Part shown: piece by piece, positions 46,596 through 55,923 of the stretch
Numbering within the stretch: the first letter of the stretch is position 1
Layout of the letters: each line of letters opens with the position of its first letter
DNA from: a virus
Lineage: Duplodnaviria > Caudoviricetes
Virus record (IMG/VR): IMGVR_UViG_3300020434_000055
Reading direction: 5' to 3' (one strand)
DNA length: 64,000 bases
The notes under the pieces: model-generated
Databases searched by the model: none
What the model was told of the DNA's origin: nothing
Seen by the model: only the letters and a program-made list of their open reading frames with translations
Translations under genes and position numbers: made by a program

Positions 46596-47117
46596 ATGCA
46601 AATAGATTCTTTAGGATTACCAAAATATGGTACGGATGATTTAATGGACCTTATCTATAAAGGTCAAGAAGACTTATTGTTTAATGTATTATCTGATGTT
46701 AATGAAGAAACAGAAAAATTTAATAAAGCTGTAGACTTAACAGGTGCAGGACAACATCTTAAATTTTATAAATCACTAGATATAGATTTAAAATCATTTG
46801 ATAAACTTTTACAAAATGAATGGTTTATGCCTAATAGCTATAAAAGTTTTGATATAGAAAAATACATTCGTAACGTATGTCCAAATAATCAAAATAGTAT
46901 AAAAAGAGTAGAAGATGAGTTAAAAGCATTTAAAGAAATGGGTTATACAAATTTATTAAGATTTTTACACTATCTTGTAAATTTCATGAAAGAAAACAAT
47001 GTAATATGGGGTGTAGGACGAGGAAGTTCAGTAGCAAGTTATGTATTATACTTGCTAGGTGTCCATAAAATAGATTCATTAAAATATAATCTAAATTGGC
47101 GTGAGTTCCTTCGATAA
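46596..47117 (+). CDS. Stand-alone DNA polymerase III alpha (DnaE) fragment
   Basis: WFMPNSYK, RVEDELKAFKEMG, WGVGRGSSVASYVLYLLGVHKIDSLKYNL..REFLR. Confidence 0.8.
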   Translation: MQIDSLGLPKYGTDDLMDLIYKGQEDLLFNVLSDVNEETEKFNKAVDLTGAGQHLKFYKSLDIDLKSFDKLLQNEWFMPNSYKSFDIEKYIRNVCPNNQNSIKRVEDELKAFKEMGYTNLLRFLHYLVNFMKENNVIWGVGRGSSVASYVLYLLGVHKIDSLKYNLNWREFLR

Positions 47118-47147
47118 ATATATACATAATAATACTAGGAGAATAAA

Positions 47148-47507
47148 ATGGCAGTAAAGCAAACAGGACAAAAAGTTTACCGTACAATGCAGGGAAAACC
47201 GGTTGATATGGATCTGTTAAGAAAAAGATATGAATTAACCCCAGCAGTAGGTAATGCTAAAGTTAATGCTAGAGGTGACGAATTGGGTGCCGGTGGCAAA
47301 ATTATTCGTAAAAGAGAAGAAGTTTTAGCAGATTACTATAGAGATCATCCTAAAGCTGTTCCAGACGTTAAAATAGCTGAAGCAACACAACCAAAAACAA
47401 AAAAAGCCGAAGTAAAAGTCGAAGTAAAAGCCGAAGAACCAAAAACTGAAGCTAAAAAAGAAAATGAATGGGTTGAAGATGCAGACGGTAATTTTGTTAA
47501 AAAATAA
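47148..47507 (+). CDS. Conserved hypothetical late protein
   Basis: YRTMQGKPVDMDLLRKRYELTPAVGNAKVNARGDELGAGGKIIRKREE. Confidence 0.65.
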   Translation: MAVKQTGQKVYRTMQGKPVDMDLLRKRYELTPAVGNAKVNARGDELGAGGKIIRKREEVLADYYRDHPKAVPDVKIAEATQPKTKKAEVKVEVKAEEPKTEAKKENEWVEDADGNFVKK

Positions 47508-47523
47508 AGATTAAAATACTCTA

Positions 47524-47922
47524 ATGTTCGAACGCCAGAACAATCTTAAAATCTATAAAGGCAAAATAACACCTATCCATGACAGAGTTTTAGTTTCTGA
47601 CATGGATTTCGGGGATCAAAAAACCAAAGGTGGACTTATTATTGCAAGTGACGACGGACATACTCGAGGTATCAAACCTAGATGGTGTAAAGTAGTTTCT
47701 AAAGGTCACAAAAATAAAGACACATACAAAGAAGGAGACTGGATCTTAGTCGAACACGGACGATGGTCAAGGGGTCTCCATTTTGAAAGTAAAAACGGAA
47801 AAGTCAAAGTTCTTCGAATTGTTGAAGCCAAAGCAGTAATGATGACTGGCAATTATAAACCAAAAGATTGGTACCAAGCCAGATTAAAATATAGCCCTGC
47901 CGGCGAACTCCTAGAAAAATAA
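47524..47922 (+). CDS. groES: Co-chaperonin GroES-like (gp31 analogue)
   Basis: PIHDRVLV, QKTKGGLIIASDDG mobile loop, CKVVSKG, EGDWILVEHG. Confidence 0.8.
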   Translation: MFERQNNLKIYKGKITPIHDRVLVSDMDFGDQKTKGGLIIASDDGHTRGIKPRWCKVVSKGHKNKDTYKEGDWILVEHGRWSRGLHFESKNGKVKVLRIVEAKAVMMTGNYKPKDWYQARLKYSPAGELLEK

Positions 47923-47926
47923 TTAC

Positions 47927-47955
47927 TTGACTGTAGACATTCTTTATCATATACT
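47927..47955 (+). promoter_or_regulatory. Sigma70-type promoter
   Basis: TTGACT-17 bp-TATACT. Confidence 0.75.
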
Positions 47956-47961
47956 ACATAT

Positions 47962-48132
47962 ATGAGATTACCAGAGCCAAAAAATTCCGGAATTAACACA
48001 ACAGGGTTAACAGGTATAGTATTAATGACTCTCCATTTAACTGGTGTAATTACTGGTTGGTATTGGATTGTGTTATATGTTATACTAATACTATCTGGAA
48101 TAGGACAAGAATACAAAAAGACGATATATTAA
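47962..48132 (+). CDS. Small two-TM membrane protein; not in the ORF track
   Basis: MRLPEPKNSGINTTGLTGIVLMTLHLTGVITGWYWIVLYVILILSGIGQEYKKTIY*. Confidence 0.65.
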   Translation: MRLPEPKNSGINTTGLTGIVLMTLHLTGVITGWYWIVLYVILILSGIGQEYKKTIY

Positions 48133-49047
48133 ATGCAAGAGTTATGGGTAGAAAAGTATAGACCTAAAACTGTTGATCAATATGTTTTTAGAGATGATCA
48201 TCAGAGGAAACAGGTCCACCAATGGTTGAAAGAAAAGACAATTCCACATCTTTTATTTTCAGGCACAGCAGGTATAGGTAAAACTACACTTGCAAAAGTT
48301 CTTTTAAATGAATTACAAGTTAATGATCTTGATGTAATAGAAATAAATGCAAGTAGAACAAATTCTGTTGACGAAGTAAGAACAAGAATCATTAATTTTG
48401 TACAAATGATTCCGTTTGGTGAGTTTAAAGTAGTATTACTAGACGAAGCAGACTATCTAAGTCCAAATGCACAGGCGGCGTTACGTGGTGTAATGGAAGA
48501 ATACCACACAACATCAAGATTTATATTAACTTGCAACTATCCTAATAGAGTTATACCAGCACTTCACAGCAGATGTCAAGGTTTTCATATAGAAAGAATT
48601 GATCAAACAGAATTTACAGCAAGGGTGGCAGAAATTTTAATGCAAGAAGGTGTTACACCCGATCTTAACACATTAGACACTTATGTAAAAGCAACTTATC
48701 CTGATTTAAGAAAATGTATTAATACTGTACAAATGAATACGCAAGAAGGACAGTTAATTGAACCACAAAAAGCAGATACAGGTGATTTAGATTACAAATT
48801 ACAAATGGTTGAACTGTTTAAAGCAGGAAAAATAACAGAAGCAAGAAAATTAGTATGTAGTCAAGCAAGGCCAGACGAAATAGAAGACATATATAAGTGG
48901 TTATACGACAATATTAGTTTATTTGGGGACGAACAAAAACAAGAAAAAGCAATATTAATTATTAAACAAGGATTAGTGGATCATTCATTTGTTGCAGATC
49001 CCGAAATTAATTTATCTGCAACTATGATTAAGTTACAAAATCTCTAA
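48133..49047 (+). CDS. Clamp loader ATPase subunit (RFC-small / T4 gp44-like)
   Basis: LWVEKYRPKT, HLLFSGTAGIGKTT, EINASRTNSVD, VLLDEADYLSPNAQAALR, LHSRC. Confidence 0.95.
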   Translation: MQELWVEKYRPKTVDQYVFRDDHQRKQVHQWLKEKTIPHLLFSGTAGIGKTTLAKVLLNELQVNDLDVIEINASRTNSVDEVRTRIINFVQMIPFGEFKVVLLDEADYLSPNAQAALRGVMEEYHTTSRFILTCNYPNRVIPALHSRCQGFHIERIDQTEFTARVAEILMQEGVTPDLNTLDTYVKATYPDLRKCINTVQMNTQEGQLIEPQKADTGDLDYKLQMVELFKAGKITEARKLVCSQARPDEIEDIYKWLYDNISLFGDEQKQEKAILIIKQGLVDHSFVADPEINLSATMIKLQNL

Positions 49048-50397
49048 ATGTGCGGAATAGTTGGAATATATAATGTTCCAGAGGCTTCTAAAATTGCAGT
49101 ACTCGGAATTCATGCTTTGCAACACCGAGGTCAAGAAGGAGCTGGTATTATTTCATACGATAATGACTTTCATTTTCAAAATTCTTACGGTTTAGTTGAT
49201 CATATTTTTAGTAAAAACAGAATTATAGAAAATCTACCAGGTAATATGGCAATAGGCCACGTTAGATACAGTACTACTGGTGGTACAGGTAAAAATAATG
49301 TTCAACCTTTATTTTATAATTTAGACTTTGGTGGTTTTGCTATTTCTCATAACGGAGATTTTACTGATTCAGTATATTGGCGAGACAAATTAAGAAAAGA
49401 TGGTGCAATATTTCAAACATCTACCGATACAGAAATTATTCCACATTTATTGGCCCGTACAAAAGGAACAGATCCTATTAATCGTTTACTTAAGGTATTA
49501 AATCAAGTAAATGGTGCATTTAGTATAGTGGCTTTGCTTAATAACAAGTTAATTGTTGCACGAGATACTCATGGCTTTCGTCCATTAGTTATAGGTCGTT
49601 ATAAACAAGGTTATGCAGTAGCATCTGAGAGCTGTTCTCTTGATTTAATTGGTGCAACAAATATTAAAGACGTTGACCCCGGAGAAGTACTTGTATTTGA
49701 AGATGAAAAAAAGAAAATTTATCATTTAGACAATAAAATTACAAAAAATTTTTGTATATTTGAACACGTATATTTTTCTAGACCTGATTCTATTATAGAT
49801 GACCAATTAGTATATGACGTTCGTAAAAGAATAGGTGAACAATTAGCAAAAGAAACTTATATTGATTCTGATATGGTTGTTCCTGTACCTGATTCAGGTT
49901 TAATATCTGCACTTGGATATGCTAAACAATCAAAAATTCCTTTTGAATTTGGACTTACGCGAAGTCACTACGTAGGAAGAACATTTATTCAACCCACTCA
50001 AACAATACGAGACTTAGGTGTAAAATTAAAACATAGTGCTATGCGATTATTTGAAGATAAAACAGTTACCGTTATTGATGATTCTATTGTTCGAGGAACT
50101 ACAGCAAAAAAAATTATAAAAATGATAAGAAAAGCAGGTGCTAAAAAAATTCATATGCGTATTGCATCTCCACCGGTTACTGGTCCATGTTGGTATGGTA
50201 TAGATACACCAAATAGACAAGAACTTATAGCTGGAACCAGTAGTGAAAAAGAAATTAAAGAATTTATAACGGCTGATTCACTAAAATACATATCAGTAGA
50301 AGGATTACATAAAGCAGTAAAAGGTAAAGGTTACTGTGATGCTTGTTTTAGTGGCAAATATCCTATTAATAAAAGGACTGAATTACATGAACGTTAA
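49048..50397 (+). CDS. purF: Amidophosphoribosyltransferase
   Basis: MCGIVG Ntn Cys, LQHRGQEGAGI, GHVRYST, CIFEHVYFSRPDS, PVPDSG, VIDDSIVRGTT, YCDACFSGKYP. Confidence 0.97.
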   Translation: MCGIVGIYNVPEASKIAVLGIHALQHRGQEGAGIISYDNDFHFQNSYGLVDHIFSKNRIIENLPGNMAIGHVRYSTTGGTGKNNVQPLFYNLDFGGFAISHNGDFTDSVYWRDKLRKDGAIFQTSTDTEIIPHLLARTKGTDPINRLLKVLNQVNGAFSIVALLNNKLIVARDTHGFRPLVIGRYKQGYAVASESCSLDLIGATNIKDVDPGEVLVFEDEKKKIYHLDNKITKNFCIFEHVYFSRPDSIIDDQLVYDVRKRIGEQLAKETYIDSDMVVPVPDSGLISALGYAKQSKIPFEFGLTRSHYVGRTFIQPTQTIRDLGVKLKHSAMRLFEDKTVTVIDDSIVRGTTAKKIIKMIRKAGAKKIHMRIASPPVTGPCWYGIDTPNRQELIAGTSSEKEIKEFITADSLKYISVEGLHKAVKGKGYCDACFSGKYPINKRTELHER

Positions 50398-51013
50398 ATT
50401 AATTGATAAAATGGGTACTGACCTAACAGTAGTAAATGCCGCTAGGGTTTCTTATGCAAAAACTAAAGAACAATTTGAAGATAAAGACGAAAAACTAATT
50501 GCATTTTTGGCTAAACATAATCATTGGTCACCGTTTGGACACGCATCACTACAATTTAGAATAAAAGCACCTGTGTTTGTTGCAAGACAACTTGTTAAGC
50601 ATCAAGTTGGACTAATATGGAATGAAGTTAGTAGACGTTATGTAGATTATCCACCTGAATTGTTTAATCCAGAGTCATGGAGAGGTCGTCCTATTAATTC
50701 TAAACAAGGTTCTGCTGGTGAAGTTAAACTTGATAGAACATTACAACATCTTTATTCAACTGCTATGGAACAATGTAAAATTTTATACCATGCTTTGATC
50801 GGAAAAAACATCGCACCCGAACAAGCACGAATGGTATTACCTCAATCAATGATGACTGAATGGTATTGGTCAGGAAGTTTATATGCATTTGCTAGAGTAT
50901 GCAATTTAAGATGTAAACCTGACGTACAAAAAGAAACTAGAGAGGTTTGTGAGCAAATTTCTACAGAATGCGGTAAGTACTTTCCTATTAGTTGGAAATA
51001 TTTGAGAAATTAA
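50387..51013 (+). CDS. thyX: Flavin-dependent thymidylate synthase
   Basis: VVNAARVSY, HNHWSPF, ARQLVKHQVGLIWNEVSRRY, EQARMVLPQ, HVQ-type PDVQKETR. Confidence 0.95.
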   Translation: MNVKLIDKMGTDLTVVNAARVSYAKTKEQFEDKDEKLIAFLAKHNHWSPFGHASLQFRIKAPVFVARQLVKHQVGLIWNEVSRRYVDYPPELFNPESWRGRPINSKQGSAGEVKLDRTLQHLYSTAMEQCKILYHALIGKNIAPEQARMVLPQSMMTEWYWSGSLYAFARVCNLRCKPDVQKETREVCEQISTECGKYFPISWKYLRN

Positions 51014-51015
51014 TA

Positions 51016-51336
51016 ATGTATAGACCATTACCAGACGGAATAACAATTAAAAATTCAAACGTACAAGGCCTTGGCTTGTTTGCTACTAAAGATTTTGATG
51101 TTGATGTAATTCTCGGCGTGATTCACATTAAAAACAAAAATTTTCCACACGGTTATATTAGAACTGCCTTAGGAGCATTTTATAATCATTCAGATGAGCC
51201 TAATTGTAAAAATACAGAAGGTTTCTGGCATCAATTACCTGTAAAATATCTTGTAACAATTAAACCTATTAAAGCAGGAGATGAATTAACAGCCAATTAT
51301 ACTTTATATCGAGACTTTGACGAGAAAGGAGAATAA
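51016..51336 (+). CDS. SET-domain protein (lysine methyltransferase-like)
   Basis: SNVQGLGLFATKDF, FYNHSDEPNC, IKAGDELTANY. Confidence 0.88.
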   Translation: MYRPLPDGITIKNSNVQGLGLFATKDFDVDVILGVIHIKNKNFPHGYIRTALGAFYNHSDEPNCKNTEGFWHQLPVKYLVTIKPIKAGDELTANYTLYRDFDEKGE

Positions 51337-51443
51337 TGTTAGAAGAATGGATAATAAGAATTATACTTGTTATTCTAGGAAGTATAGCATTGTTGGTTTT
51401 GATACAATTAATTGTCAATATAGTCACCGGTGTTTATGTATAA
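51336..51443 (+). CDS. Tiny membrane peptide; not in the ORF track
   Basis: MLEEWIIRIILVILGSIALLVLIQLIVNIVTGVYV*, GGAG SD, TAATG coupling. Confidence 0.5.
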   Translation: MLEEWIIRIILVILGSIALLVLIQLIVNIVTGVYV

Positions 51444-51750
51444 AGCAAGTCACATACTAGTAAGCCATTCAGAAGCAGTAAGTTCTACAAGAACAATGTG
51501 TAGGGAAGAAGCATTGTTTTTAGCAGGTGCAATTAGTGAAGAAATAAGAACAGGCAAGTATACTTTTGATCAAGCCGCAAAAATTTATAGTGATTGTCCT
51601 AGTGGACAGGCAAACAGTGGAAATTTAGGAACTTTTCCAGCCAATAGAATGGATAAAGATTTTATAACATATTTAGATAACTTAAAACCTGGTGAAACTA
51701 GTGGTCCTTGCCCTACTATATATGGTTTTCACCTTATAAGAAGAAACTAA
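51436..51750 (+). CDS. ppiC: Parvulin-type peptidyl-prolyl isomerase
   Basis: KASHILVSH, FDQAAKIYSDCPSG...GNLGTF...MDKDF, PTIYGFHLI. Confidence 0.9.
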   Translation: MYKASHILVSHSEAVSSTRTMCREEALFLAGAISEEIRTGKYTFDQAAKIYSDCPSGQANSGNLGTFPANRMDKDFITYLDNLKPGETSGPCPTIYGFHLIRRN

Positions 51751-51782
51751 TCAATAGATAAATAGTAAAAAAGGTACCTTAT

Positions 51783-52313
51783 ATGCAAGATACAGTAGAT
51801 GTTATAAAAACAGTTCAAAATGTGTTTGACAATGACACCGCTTTCACGGTACTCAAGGACTTTGAAAGAGTACTTGATGAATTAGACCTTTATGTATATG
51901 ATAATTGGGAAAATGGTGAATTAGCATCAGGTCCAAACATTAAAAGACACTTTGTATCATGCACTTTTATGTGGGATCGAGATAAAATGCCAGATCCTAC
52001 AGGTGGTCAAAGATTAACTGATTACGATTGCAAAGTATATTACAAAAAAGATCAATTTGTTTTTCCTAGACAAATAATAGAGCCTGGAGATATGCGAACA
52101 GGAACTAAAAAAGGTAAAATGGATAAAAGACCTATATGGTTAGTAGAAATTATGATGCCTAAAGAATTAATCCGAAGCATATACAGTGGTTATGAAGCAG
52201 AAACTGACTACTCTAAAGACCCAGCAACAGCAGAAGAAATTCCAGTAGATCAAAATATAGATGCTGGTATAGAACCAGTAGCAGAACCCGATGCTCCTGA
52301 AGGAGAAATTTAA
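51783..52313 (+). CDS. Conserved hypothetical late protein
   Basis: LKDFERVLDELDLYVYDNWENGELASGP...FMW...MPDPTGGQRL; late promoter at 51757. Confidence 0.7.
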   Translation: MQDTVDVIKTVQNVFDNDTAFTVLKDFERVLDELDLYVYDNWENGELASGPNIKRHFVSCTFMWDRDKMPDPTGGQRLTDYDCKVYYKKDQFVFPRQIIEPGDMRTGTKKGKMDKRPIWLVEIMMPKELIRSIYSGYEAETDYSKDPATAEEIPVDQNIDAGIEPVAEPDAPEGEI

Positions 52314-53041
52314 TGGGTTTAAAAAAAGACGATTTAGCACATACTACTGATAGTATATTTGAAATCGATTCCTATAAATCAAAAATGGGAGACGATAAAG
52401 ATATTGTAGTTCTTAGTTTTACAGTTCTAGGAGAACAACCAGCAATAGATTTAGTAAATTTTATAGAAAAAGGATACGATTACGTTTTAGATGCTGACAA
52501 AACTAGCGGAGAACAAGCTGATGGCAAATATAGAGTGTTTGTTGAATTAGAAAGAAACAATAAAATTTCAAATCAAATTACAGAAATACTAGGTGGTGTC
52601 GGAAAACTAGCAAATTTAGAAAATTTTAAATTTAGATACTATAAAAATTTTAAAAGTTTACCAGCAGATGAAAAAACTTTAGGAGAAGTTGTTCCTTTTG
52701 ATTCTGACGCTTATGAAATTAAAATAGGTGAGGCTCCTATGGAGAATTATAAAAATTTCTTTCATGATAGTTATGTAGATGACGTAATTATGGAAGATAC
52801 AACATTAATTCTTAAAAAGCAACGTCATGATCCATTATTTTTCGAATTTTTGGAATATGGCAATAAAGAAGATGTCTTAAAATCAATAAAAGAGTCATAT
52901 CAGATTAATAAATTCCCAGAAGTAATTTTTTTAAGTAAGTATATAGGAGATTATAATATATCCATTTATGGTAACAAGTATGTTCTTGAAAGCAAGAACT
53001 TCTGTATAGTACTTAAGAAAAAATATGAGACTATCAACTAA
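52313..53041 (+). CDS. Conserved hypothetical late protein
   Basis: FEIDSYKSKMGDDKDIVVLSF...FIEKGYDYVLDAD...YRVFVELER. Confidence 0.7.
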   Translation: MGLKKDDLAHTTDSIFEIDSYKSKMGDDKDIVVLSFTVLGEQPAIDLVNFIEKGYDYVLDADKTSGEQADGKYRVFVELERNNKISNQITEILGGVGKLANLENFKFRYYKNFKSLPADEKTLGEVVPFDSDAYEIKIGEAPMENYKNFFHDSYVDDVIMEDTTLILKKQRHDPLFFEFLEYGNKEDVLKSIKESYQINKFPEVIFLSKYIGDYNISIYGNKYVLESKNFCIVLKKKYETIN

Positions 53042-53486
53042 TTTTACACTAGAAGAATTCACAAGAAGTCAAACAGCAATACGTCAAAATATAGATAATA
53101 CACCCACAGATGAGCATATTGAAAATATGCAACTTCTATGTGAAATGATTCTCCAACCAATTAGAGAACATTTTGGTCCAATAGCAATTAATTCAGGATA
53201 TAGAGGAGTAGTTTTAAACAAAACTATTGGTGGTTCTTGGAAATCTCAACATTGTGAAGGTAAAGCGGCTGATATCGAATGCCCTGGTACAGGTAATCGT
53301 TATGTAGCTCAATGGATTTCAGATAATTGTACCTTCGATCAAGTAATTCTTGAATTTCATAACCGAGAAATACCCGATTCAGGTTGGGTTCATGTTAGTT
53401 ATAATCGTGGATCTAATCGAATGCAACGTCTACACACCTTAAAAGAAGACGGCAAAACTGTATACAAGCCTAACCTAATAGAATAA
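53025..53486 (+). CDS. Peptidase M15A (Zn D-Ala-D-Ala carboxypeptidase-like) endolysin
   Basis: LSTNFTLEEF, INSGYR, SQHCEGKAADI, WVHVSY. Confidence 0.9.
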   Translation: MRLSTNFTLEEFTRSQTAIRQNIDNTPTDEHIENMQLLCEMILQPIREHFGPIAINSGYRGVVLNKTIGGSWKSQHCEGKAADIECPGTGNRYVAQWISDNCTFDQVILEFHNREIPDSGWVHVSYNRGSNRMQRLHTLKEDGKTVYKPNLIE

Positions 53487-53504
53487 TCAATAAATACAAC
53501 TATA

Positions 53505-53636
53505 ATGAAAACCAAGTACTGCAATAATTGTGGCAGAAAAGCCCATTGTGACGAAGTTTTAAAAGAAACTCAGGTTGACTATGATGGCAGAAAATATGAA
53601 ATCGTAGTGTGCGTGTACTGTAGGTGCGAGGAATAG
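53505..53636 (+). CDS. Small Cys-rich zinc-finger protein; not in the ORF track
   Basis: MKTKYCNNCGRKAHCDEVLKETQVDYDGRKYEIVVCVYCRCEE*. Confidence 0.65.
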   Translation: MKTKYCNNCGRKAHCDEVLKETQVDYDGRKYEIVVCVYCRCEE

Positions 53637-53637
53637 T

Positions 53638-54123
53638 ATGTTTTTCTTTGGTCAAATAAAAATGATTTTTACAATGCTAATTATTATCGGTATTGCCGGT
53701 GCTGGTATGTATGTAATGAAGCTACGATCTGACAACGCTATTCTTAAAACAAATCAAATAAAACTAGAACAAAGTATTGAGTCACAAACTAAACTATTAG
53801 AGCAACAAAAAATAGATTTTGAAGCAATAATGGAACATAATAAGCAAATGAATATATTAGTTAAAAATTTACAAGAAGATTTAAGACAATTAGATAAAAG
53901 ATTTACTAAAAAAGGTAGAGACTTTGGTAAACTTGCAATTAAAAAACCTAGTTTAGTTGAAAAAATTATAAACAAAGCTAGTGAACGTGCTCAACGATGT
54001 GTAGAAATTGCCTCAGGGGCACCATTAACTGAAGCAGAAATAAACGCTACAAAGAAATCAGAAATTAATACTGAATGTCCTTCGATAGCTAACCCTAATT
54101 ACAAAGCATACGCGGTAGAATAA
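53638..54123 (+). CDS. Putative i-spanin (Rz-like)
   Basis: N-terminal TM, long periplasmic coiled coil, two C-terminal Cys; follows endolysin. Confidence 0.65.
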   Translation: MFFFGQIKMIFTMLIIIGIAGAGMYVMKLRSDNAILKTNQIKLEQSIESQTKLLEQQKIDFEAIMEHNKQMNILVKNLQEDLRQLDKRFTKKGRDFGKLAIKKPSLVEKIINKASERAQRCVEIASGAPLTEAEINATKKSEINTECPSIANPNYKAYAVE

Positions 54124-54479
54124 TGAGAATACTTTTTATAATATTACTAGCATTTGCATTATCAGGTTGTACACTTGGAGCTGAGAAGAAAATAAAAATT
54201 TTTCAAGTAGAAGAACCTAGAGCAAACTTAAATCTTGAATCTCCTGAACCTTTAGACTTAGAAAAATTAAGATGGATTATTATTACTAGCAAAAATGCAG
54301 AAGAAGTATTTAAAAGATTAGAAGCAGAAGGTTATGATCCTGTATTATTTGGACTTACAGACAAAGATTATGAATTAATTGCAAAAAACTTTGCACAAAT
54401 ACGGTCATACTTAAAAGAACAAAACGCAATACTTGAAAAATATAGAGAGTATTACGAACCTGAAGAAAAAAATGAGTAA
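54123..54479 (+). CDS. Putative o-spanin lipoprotein (Rz1-like)
   Basis: Lipobox ALSGC, Pro-rich segment; coupled to i-spanin. Confidence 0.65.
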   Translation: MRILFIILLAFALSGCTLGAEKKIKIFQVEEPRANLNLESPEPLDLEKLRWIIITSKNAEEVFKRLEAEGYDPVLFGLTDKDYELIAKNFAQIRSYLKEQNAILEKYREYYEPEEKNE

Positions 54480-54681
54480 CATTTTACGCAAAATATGGTA
54501 TTGGATTGTTGGTTACCCAGCTGAATTAACTTATTGGTTTGAAGGTAAAGAGTTTCTAGTTCATGTACGTAAATTTAGAGAGCTTAAACCCAATCATATT
54601 ACATTTATGAATGTAGAAACAGAGAAATATGTTGCAATAAAATCAGATACTCCAATAAAGTACATACTTAAACAAGAATAA
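54469..54681 (+). CDS. Hypothetical protein
   Basis: Start likely MSNILRKIWYW. Confidence 0.5.
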   Translation, partial: KMSNILRKIWYWIVGYPAELTYWFEGKEFLVHVRKFRELKPNHITFMNVETEKYVAIKSDTPIKYILKQE

Positions 54682-54689
54682 ATAGCATT

Positions 54690-55013
54690 ATGTCAGACGA
54701 TTTAATTAAAGTTAAAAAAACAACAGAAGAATACGAAGTATCAAAAAGTGATCTAATCCCAGATACCGGAGATGACGCCCCTACTTGGTATAATAAAACA
54801 GCAGGCCTATTAGACAAATTTAGAATAATACCTAGATTAGTAATGTTGGCTTACATCTTTGCATTTTATTCATCAGTAACTTGGTTTATGCAACTAACTG
54901 ATCCCACAAATGCTCAAGCAATGTTTATATCAACAATAGTTGGTGCCGGTGCGGCATTCTTTGGACTATATGTTGGTAAACCGGGTGCTACACTTCCAAA
55001 AAATAAGAAATAA
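54690..55013 (+). CDS. Holin-like two-TM protein
   Basis: LDKFRIIPRLVMLAY...WFMQLTDPTNAQAMFISTIVGAGAAFFGLY; next to lysis genes. Confidence 0.6.
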   Translation: MSDDLIKVKKTTEEYEVSKSDLIPDTGDDAPTWYNKTAGLLDKFRIIPRLVMLAYIFAFYSSVTWFMQLTDPTNAQAMFISTIVGAGAAFFGLYVGKPGATLPKNKK

Positions 55014-55036
55014 TTCCCATTAAATACAATAACAAC

Positions 55037-55065
55037 TTGACTTTTTGGTAAAGAGTTGTTATATT
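55037..55065 (+). promoter_or_regulatory. Sigma70-type promoter of dnaJ-def-clpA operon
   Basis: TTGACT-17 bp-TATATT with TG extension. Confidence 0.75.
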
Positions 55066-55071
55066 ATTATT

Positions 55072-55923
55072 ATGGCAGACTATTATGATATATTAGGGGT
55101 TAAAAAAGGCGCTTCCCAACAAGATTTAAAAAAAGCATATAAAAAACAAGCGATGAGATATCATCCAGACAAGGGTGGAGACTCTAATAAATTTCAAAAA
55201 ATAAACGAAGCATACGATACACTTAAAGACCCTCAAAAGAAAGCCATGTATGACCAATTTGGTGCTACTGGTAATCAAGGACCTTATTCAAGAACATATT
55301 CAACTGAAGAGTTTGAATTTCCTAATGACATAGGAGATATTTTTAATCAATTCTTTGGTGGATCAAGATCACCGTTTACTCAAAGAAGACAAAGACAAAG
55401 AAATAAAGACATAGCAATTCAAACTCAAATAGATTTAGAAGATGTAATGAATGGTAAATCATTAATTGCAACATATACACTAACAAATGGTAAGCAACAG
55501 AGTGTAAACATTGATTTACCTCCGGGAGTAGAAACAAATACCACGATGAAATTTACAGGACTAGGAGATAATTTCATTCCAAGTATTTCTAGAGGTGATT
55601 TAATGGTAAGAATTAAAGTACGATCTCATTCAAGATGGCATAGAGATGGTGCAAATTTACATTGCGTAGAAAAAGTAAGTGTGTTTGATTTATTATTAGG
55701 AACTAAAAAGGAAATAACAACTGTAGATGGTAAAAAATTATCTATTACCATCCCTAAAGGATGTCAACCAGGTACAGTATTAAGTATTAGTGAACAAGGA
55801 CTACCAAGATTGCATGGCAGAGGCAAAGGTAACATCTATATGACAGTTCAAGCCGATATACCTAACATATCTGATCCAGAAATGTTAAAGCTTCTTCAAA
55901 GGATAAAATATGGAACTAATTAA
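55072..55923 (+). CDS. dnaJ: DnaJ-class II co-chaperone (CbpA-like, no Zn finger)
   Basis: DYYDILGV...YHPDKGG J-domain; G/F region; C-terminal domain with GDLMVRI and GLPRL..RGKGN. Confidence 0.93.
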   Translation: MADYYDILGVKKGASQQDLKKAYKKQAMRYHPDKGGDSNKFQKINEAYDTLKDPQKKAMYDQFGATGNQGPYSRTYSTEEFEFPNDIGDIFNQFFGGSRSPFTQRRQRQRNKDIAIQTQIDLEDVMNGKSLIATYTLTNGKQQSVNIDLPPGVETNTTMKFTGLGDNFIPSISRGDLMVRIKVRSHSRWHRDGANLHCVEKVSVFDLLLGTKKEITTVDGKKLSITIPKGCQPGTVLSISEQGLPRLHGRGKGNIYMTVQADIPNISDPEMLKLLQRIKYGTN

